Assembly: GCA_008690995.1 (NCBI GenBank)
Contig: VRMN01000002.1
Coordinates: 1 to 64,000 of the forward strand
DNA length: 64,000 nt
Source of the DNA: Porphyridium purpureum
Lineage: Eukaryota
Direction: 5' to 3'
The translations under genes were made by a program, and so were the position numbers. Below are positions 58,933 through 64,000 of this stretch, one piece after another; position 1 is the stretch's first letter; each line of letters starts with the position of its first letter. The notes beneath the pieces were generated by a model. The model was not told the origin of the DNA, searched no databases, and worked only from the letters and a program-made list of their open reading frames with translations.

Positions 58933-59728
58933 TTGGAATTTCTCCCTCTCCGCTTTGTAACCGAATCAACAAAACCGGACCGCTTCACCGATAACAGGAA
59001 CTGGAAACCACCACACCCCGGAAACTGACAAACCGATGACGAACCGACACACCGAAACGAACGGAAGGACAAGCAGGACAATCAGAGAAAAGTGGCTAGA
59101 AAGGAAGAGAGGACAGAAAATTCAACTTATAGGGGACTACGAGAGGGAGTGGACCGGTCTTGACAAGTGAAGGGTGATGGAAGGTACTTTTAAACCCCAG
59201 CTGCCTTTTTAAAAACACTCCAGACCGATATCCGCTCGCACAACACGCTAGCGTGCCTCTCCCGCAAATCCAACCCAAGTCTTCCAACGACTGCCTCAAT
59301 CCAACTAACCAATTCTCTTTTTATTCTGTTTGCCCTTACCTCTTCTTCTACCTTGACCTGGAAATTCCTGGGAACCAGCTTGCCCCTTCGTCCTTTTATA
59401 CCCTTCGTCCTTGCTCTTTCCAGCAAGGACGGGAGAACAAATTTCTCCAACAGGACGAATTTCCACCACAGGTTTTGATTCGTTCCACAACTCGCAACCA
59501 CAGCCGGCCACGTATCCGAAAAATGGCCGGGAAGGCGCGTCAAGAACGAATCCAGAAGCTTCGGCCGGCCTTTGACCTTTGCACAAGGTCACACAAAACG
59601 ACAATGACAAACATTTCGCAGGTCCGAGATCATCACGCTTCTCGAACAATCTTTCATCATAGAACTTTCTAGGGTTTTGTACTCAAAACCCTACGGCGTC
59701 TCTCGGGGCGGAACCCTAAAATTCCACG
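58932..59728 (-). repeat. 5' LTR
   Basis: Near-identical to 53968-54764. Confidence 0.93.
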
Positions 59729-60000
59729 GCGCGCGTCGAAAATCAGTGTGGGCTAGGGGGGGTACACTGGTGAGCGACAAGATGGTTTGACGGGCGACGC
59801 GCGCATGGCGCGAGCGGAACCGCTCGTGCGCGGTGGCTACCGTGTCCCACACAAGGCACTAGTCACGTGTCGCGCAAGGTCCTCAGTGGCCAGCCCGAAG
59901 AACACACGGTGCATCTTGGTTTGCCACATGCAAGCAGCGTGGCGGAAGTAGAGACGCGTGCACTCTAACCTTTTCAAACGCCTTTCATATTCACATGCCC

Positions 60001-61450
60001 CTAAGCACAGTCTAGCCCTTCGCGGACGCGTCGATAGACACTTTCAAAAGCTGCCACCAGTTGATCGCGGCCGCGAGCTCGATGGGGTGCGACCGCGAGT
60101 AGTAGACAATGCATTTTCCACGCAATTGGAGTCACTGCGTCCAAACCCTTTCCGTCCAGCAAAGCCTCGACCCGCGCAACCAGCGTTCTCATGCCTTGCA
60201 TCGGTGCGGTCTGCTTGCTCGCCATCTCCACGTATTGCATGGCGTCCGCAATCAAGCGCGTTTGTCCCAATTCAGCGAGCTGCTCGAGCGCGCGAAGATT
60301 AATCCCAAACTCCTCCGAGCCAAACTGGATTCGCCCCGTGTCACGCACATACACCCTGCTACCGCCGGCCGGTACCAGCGAGCGCAAGTCGATCTTCCTG
60401 TTCGAAAACAGCGAGGTCGATTGTCCCGCGTCATTGTCTAACACGGCCGTGCTCACCTGGTGCACGCACCGCGATCTTGCGCACACGATATGCTTTTCGT
60501 TTCGTCCAAGACATCATACGCTTTGTATCAGTCCATCATGATCACGATATCAGCAACATCAAAGAAGGCACTGCAGCTGCCCACCACCAAAAGGCTCGAG
60601 ATCCCGTCCGATTTATAAAGCACGCAGACACGTTCCAAAAAGGGCGTGATTAACTCTTTGTGCTTGCCTACGTGAACCGACATGACCGCATCCCGATACA
60701 TAAAGTTGGTCGCGCACGTGTCCTCGTCAAAGATAAGCAGCTCACATCCCATGCCCAGCGCCTCGGCGATATTCGCCGCTTGGCTCGTAGTGCCAGATGC
60801 GTCGGCAGTCCGAAAGCCATTTGTGGCACACCCGAACGGCAACTTCGAAATGAATGGCGAGATGTCGAGCGTCGTCACTGCGCGACCATCTTTGGTGCGC
60901 ATTTGGACGCAAAAGCCAGGCATGAGACTATTTCACGTCCGTCACCGGGCACACGGCCATCAATGCCCAGCTCAATCGCCTGCAACAGCGTCGGTTTTCC
61001 GTGAAAGCAACCTCCGACAATGAGATTGACTCGCTTACGAATGCCCATGCCGGTCAGCGTATTGCCGCGCGGCGGAGTCATACTGACACACAGCGCGTCT
61101 GGCGAGGAAAAGGGGAGCGCAGACGCTGAAGGCATCGGAAGCTCACTCGCACCATGCAGACGCGGCAAAATGGCGCCATCCGGAACGAAAGCCACGAGGC
61201 CAGCCGGTTCGAGCATGACTCGCAGTGCGCGTTTCGTCCTTCGATCGTACGACCCGCTGCGGGCAGGCCGAGCTCAAAGCGTACCCCCAACGTCCACTCT
61301 GACGAATCATTGGCGCGCAAACGCTACAGGGACGACCGCTTTGAATTGCACGCGCCTCGTTCCACCATCCGCAAATTGCAACCCTTTCACGCCGCTCTGC
61401 AGCAACCGAGCGTGCTTGGCGCTTTGCCCAAACTGCTCAAGAGTTGAGCT
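60001..61450 (-). pseudogene. Pseudogene of a predicted ABC-class ATPase (ABC_ATPase family)
   Basis: Fragments VRFELGLPAAGRTI, VAFVPDGAILPR, IVGGCFHGKPTLL (degraded Walker A), PGDGRE, DASGTTSQAANI and LIFDEDTCATNFMYRD lie in different frames. Confidence 0.82.
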
Positions 61451-61603
61451 CGCTCTATATATTGATGCATTACGATATAGCAGTGTCGTTCCAGAAAGTC
61501 GCAAAGAGCGACGCGGCGCACGTGGGACGCCTGTACCTATACGTGTACTACGAACTCTCCTGTTATGCACTTGACAACCACGCGGCTTGGTGCAGCGTAC
61601 GCG

Positions 61604-63100
61604 TCACTTTAAACCGTGCGCGATGCTGTGCTCAATGCGCAGCGCGCCGCGCCGCTCGCAGCAACAATAAACTAGCGCGATCCCAGCTGCTTGTACGCTC
61701 AATGCGCTGAAGCAGCAGAGCAAGAGCGGCCGCTGTGTCTTCCGCGTCACTGCCAATAGAGTCCATTCGTGTCTCGTAAACATAGCCACCGGCAGAAATA
61801 TCGTCGCACAGCTTGAATCCAGCACCAATAGCGACACCAACGCCACGGCGACCACCGCCGCGCCGGCCACTGCCCCACGCCAGTTCAAAACAAGCGCCCT
61901 GTTTTCCAAGAGACGCACGCGCCCAGCCCAGATCGCCGCGTGCGAGGCACCGTTGACGAGCACGGGCGCTCGACAGAGCACCAGCGCCTCAGAGAAATGG
62001 CAAGCAAAAAGGTCCACCCGCTGCTACAGTGGGCGCGCCACGAGGCCGGCACAAAGTGAAACGCGGACGTGCTCCAGTATGGCGCGGTCGAGGTGGGCGT
62101 TCTTGGCATCCAAGAACAGTATGACATTCAGCCACCGCAGACGTTGTTTCACGTGTCACGCAGCGCGCTGCTGCACCCCCAGGTCTTAATGAGATATAGC
62201 GCGAAGGCGCAGACATACGGGCATGAGCGCGACCTGCCGTTCAGCCACATTGCCGAAGCGAATCGGATACCGATGGCGCTTGTCGCGCAGTGCTTTGTGC
62301 CGCACAAGCGGGCATCTGAGCGCGTCGAGCGATTGTCCGCACAGATGTGCCGATCGCTTCGGGCCTAGTCGATAACGAGACGCAGCAGCACGAAAAATGC
62401 GACCGCAACGTTGACCGAGATGCAATGCAACCCTGCGGTGCAAATCACACCGCAGCGCTTTCTAAAGATGCCGCTGCTGCGTAATCGCGAAACTGTCACA
62501 AAACCCGGTTTTACGGGGTTTTGTGCCCCGGAGAGACCGCGAAGGCGTAGGGAAGAACTGCTACACGTCAGGCAGTGGGCCCGCCACCACGGATGTGAGG
62601 TCGGTCTGCAGGAGGTGATCTTCAGAATCCCTTGCTGCTTATGAGGACAACAAACCCTTTTTAGCTGAATGTTCTTCACCACGCTCATCTCTGGTCCTCT
62701 TTTTCTCCCGTCACTCGCTCGCAGGAGACGGGGTCCAATTTATATACTTCGCACGAGGTGACCGCTGTACGCCGGGCTGGCGTGGGACGAGATCCTGCAT
62801 GGGAACGATCTTGCGAGGCTCGGCATAATCCCGTGCCTGTCGACAGCCCGGAGAAGCGATGCGAGGTGCATCTCTTAGTACAGTGGCTTGAAAGAGTGAA
62901 CTTTCTGACAGAAACGGTGCTTTTTCACTATGCTCGTTCGAGCCCATATGCGAGAATGGCCATGCAATGCATCACCACTGTGACAACCTCGAGCAGGGTT
63001 CCTCTTCGAGATGCTCGCGAAGGGACGCAAGTTGATTACTGTGCAGATTTCAAAACACGCACCCGAGGGGTCGCCGCACAGGAGCAAATGGGTCGCGGCA
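61604..63100 (-). pseudogene. Possible heavily decayed ABCG-type transporter remnant
   Basis: Weak motif echoes (GDALHGHSR, ALMPVCLRLRAI) and hydrophobic segments, with many stops. Confidence 0.25.
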
Positions 63101-63519
63101 CAGGCACAATGCACTGACCATTTGCCGCGAACGCGACTATAAAATGCGGCACGCCTGTGGCGGGGTGGAGCAAAGTAGAAGAGACACAATGAAGAAGCAC
63201 AGAAGAAGAGACAAAAGGTAAGTTGTTAAGATAAAAGAGTTTTATGCTGAAACTCATCGTTCTCAAACTTCCATCGTAATCGGAGTTAAGAACGAGACGA
63301 ACGGGCCATCGCGATCGCCTATTCGTCAGAAGCGGACAAGAATTGCAACAGTCACAGCCTGTCAAGCATTCACGCCTGGATCATAGACCCGGCGGCGGGA
63401 CTGGAAATCGAAGGCTGGCTTGACGCTGCCGTCGGGTGAGCGCCACGTGTAGGTTAATCAGGACCCTTGTCGCCGCGCGGGGAGCCTGAGCCATTCACTT
63501 TCGGAGACGGCACGACAAT

Positions 63520-64000
63520 TGGACACACGTGCGTCGAACGGTGACGCCGGCGTGGGTCATGCTGTTCCCGGAAACATCTTGGCTCGGGAGCGGCGGCGCT
63601 GAAAAGCGTACACTACCTTTGCGTGCGCGCGTCGCCATGGAGAAGGAAGCATTCCGCGAAGTGGCGTCGGGACTCTGCTTCAGTTCGCTTAGACAAAGTT
63701 CGAGCGCTGCTTTCTAGATCTGCACGTTCTCGAGCTTGTTGTCCGGACGCCGCAGCTGGACAACTGTGACCGCTTCAACCTGTGGCTCGTCGCGAGCACG
63801 AACGTCTACAAACCTACCGAGCAACATGCCGCCTCGCGTCACGAACTCATCCGCTTGGATGCCGTCCCGGACAGAGCCAGTGCTTGCAATCAATGATTGA
63901 ACACCGAAACTCCCAGTAGACCCACTGGGCATTAGACACGCGTCATACTCCCGGCGCTTTGAGCCGTCTCCAGGAATACGCCATTACACCTATTTTGCTG
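63520..64000 (-). pseudogene. Decayed ORF of the dispersed unknown family (copy 3)
   Basis: GSFGVQSLI..GGMLLGRFVDV..EPQVEA..AALELCLSELKQSPDATSRN..RFSAPPLPSQ aligns with copies 1 and 2. Confidence 0.55.

Larger units (their letters stand above)
53968..59728 (-). mobile_element. Intact, very young LTR retrotransposon (gypsy-like gag/protease, Copia-type INT-RT-RH)
   Basis: 797-bp direct repeats 53968-54764 and 58932-59728, with only two differences seen by eye. TSD GCGCG at 53963-53967 and 59729-59733. PBS and PPT are present. Confidence 0.95.

Noticed and set aside
60001..61450. Bacterial contamination or a functional ATPase
   Set aside because: It has multiple frameshifts and a degraded Walker A, and it is contiguous with eukaryotic retroelements.

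Overview
Eukaryotic, apparently intron-free, transposon-rich DNA that looks subtelomeric or accessory. An algal, possibly red-algal, host is an inference only. Bases 1-15.8 kb hold CRE-clade (RT plus restriction-like endonuclease) non-LTR retrotransposons from two divergent families. Both families end in the same 18-nt motif, TTCAGAGTAACCCTAGAG, built from an 11-nt telomere-like unit (TTACTCTAGGG on the minus strand). The middle of the window has repeat-rich and secreted protein genes: a ~21-22-unit Sel1 array, two DUF285/BspA-like surface proteins, a Ser-Gly-Lys-repeat secreted protein with a pseudogene paralog, a Cys-rich secreted protein and a sulfotransferase-like gene. It also has two Tc1 transposons and several LTR remnants. 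An MLKL-like 4-helix-bundle/kinase/Sel1 gene lies at 50.2-53.3 kb. Just upstream is a very young, intact LTR retrotransposon with a Ty3/gypsy-type Gag and protease, a Copia-type INT-RT-RNaseH, a -1 frameshift site with a pseudoknot, and termini that keep two extra bases outside TG...CA. The right end has decayed ABC-class ATPase and possible ABCG pseudogenes. Family calls come from motifs recognised by eye. Many frameshifts could be assembly errors.
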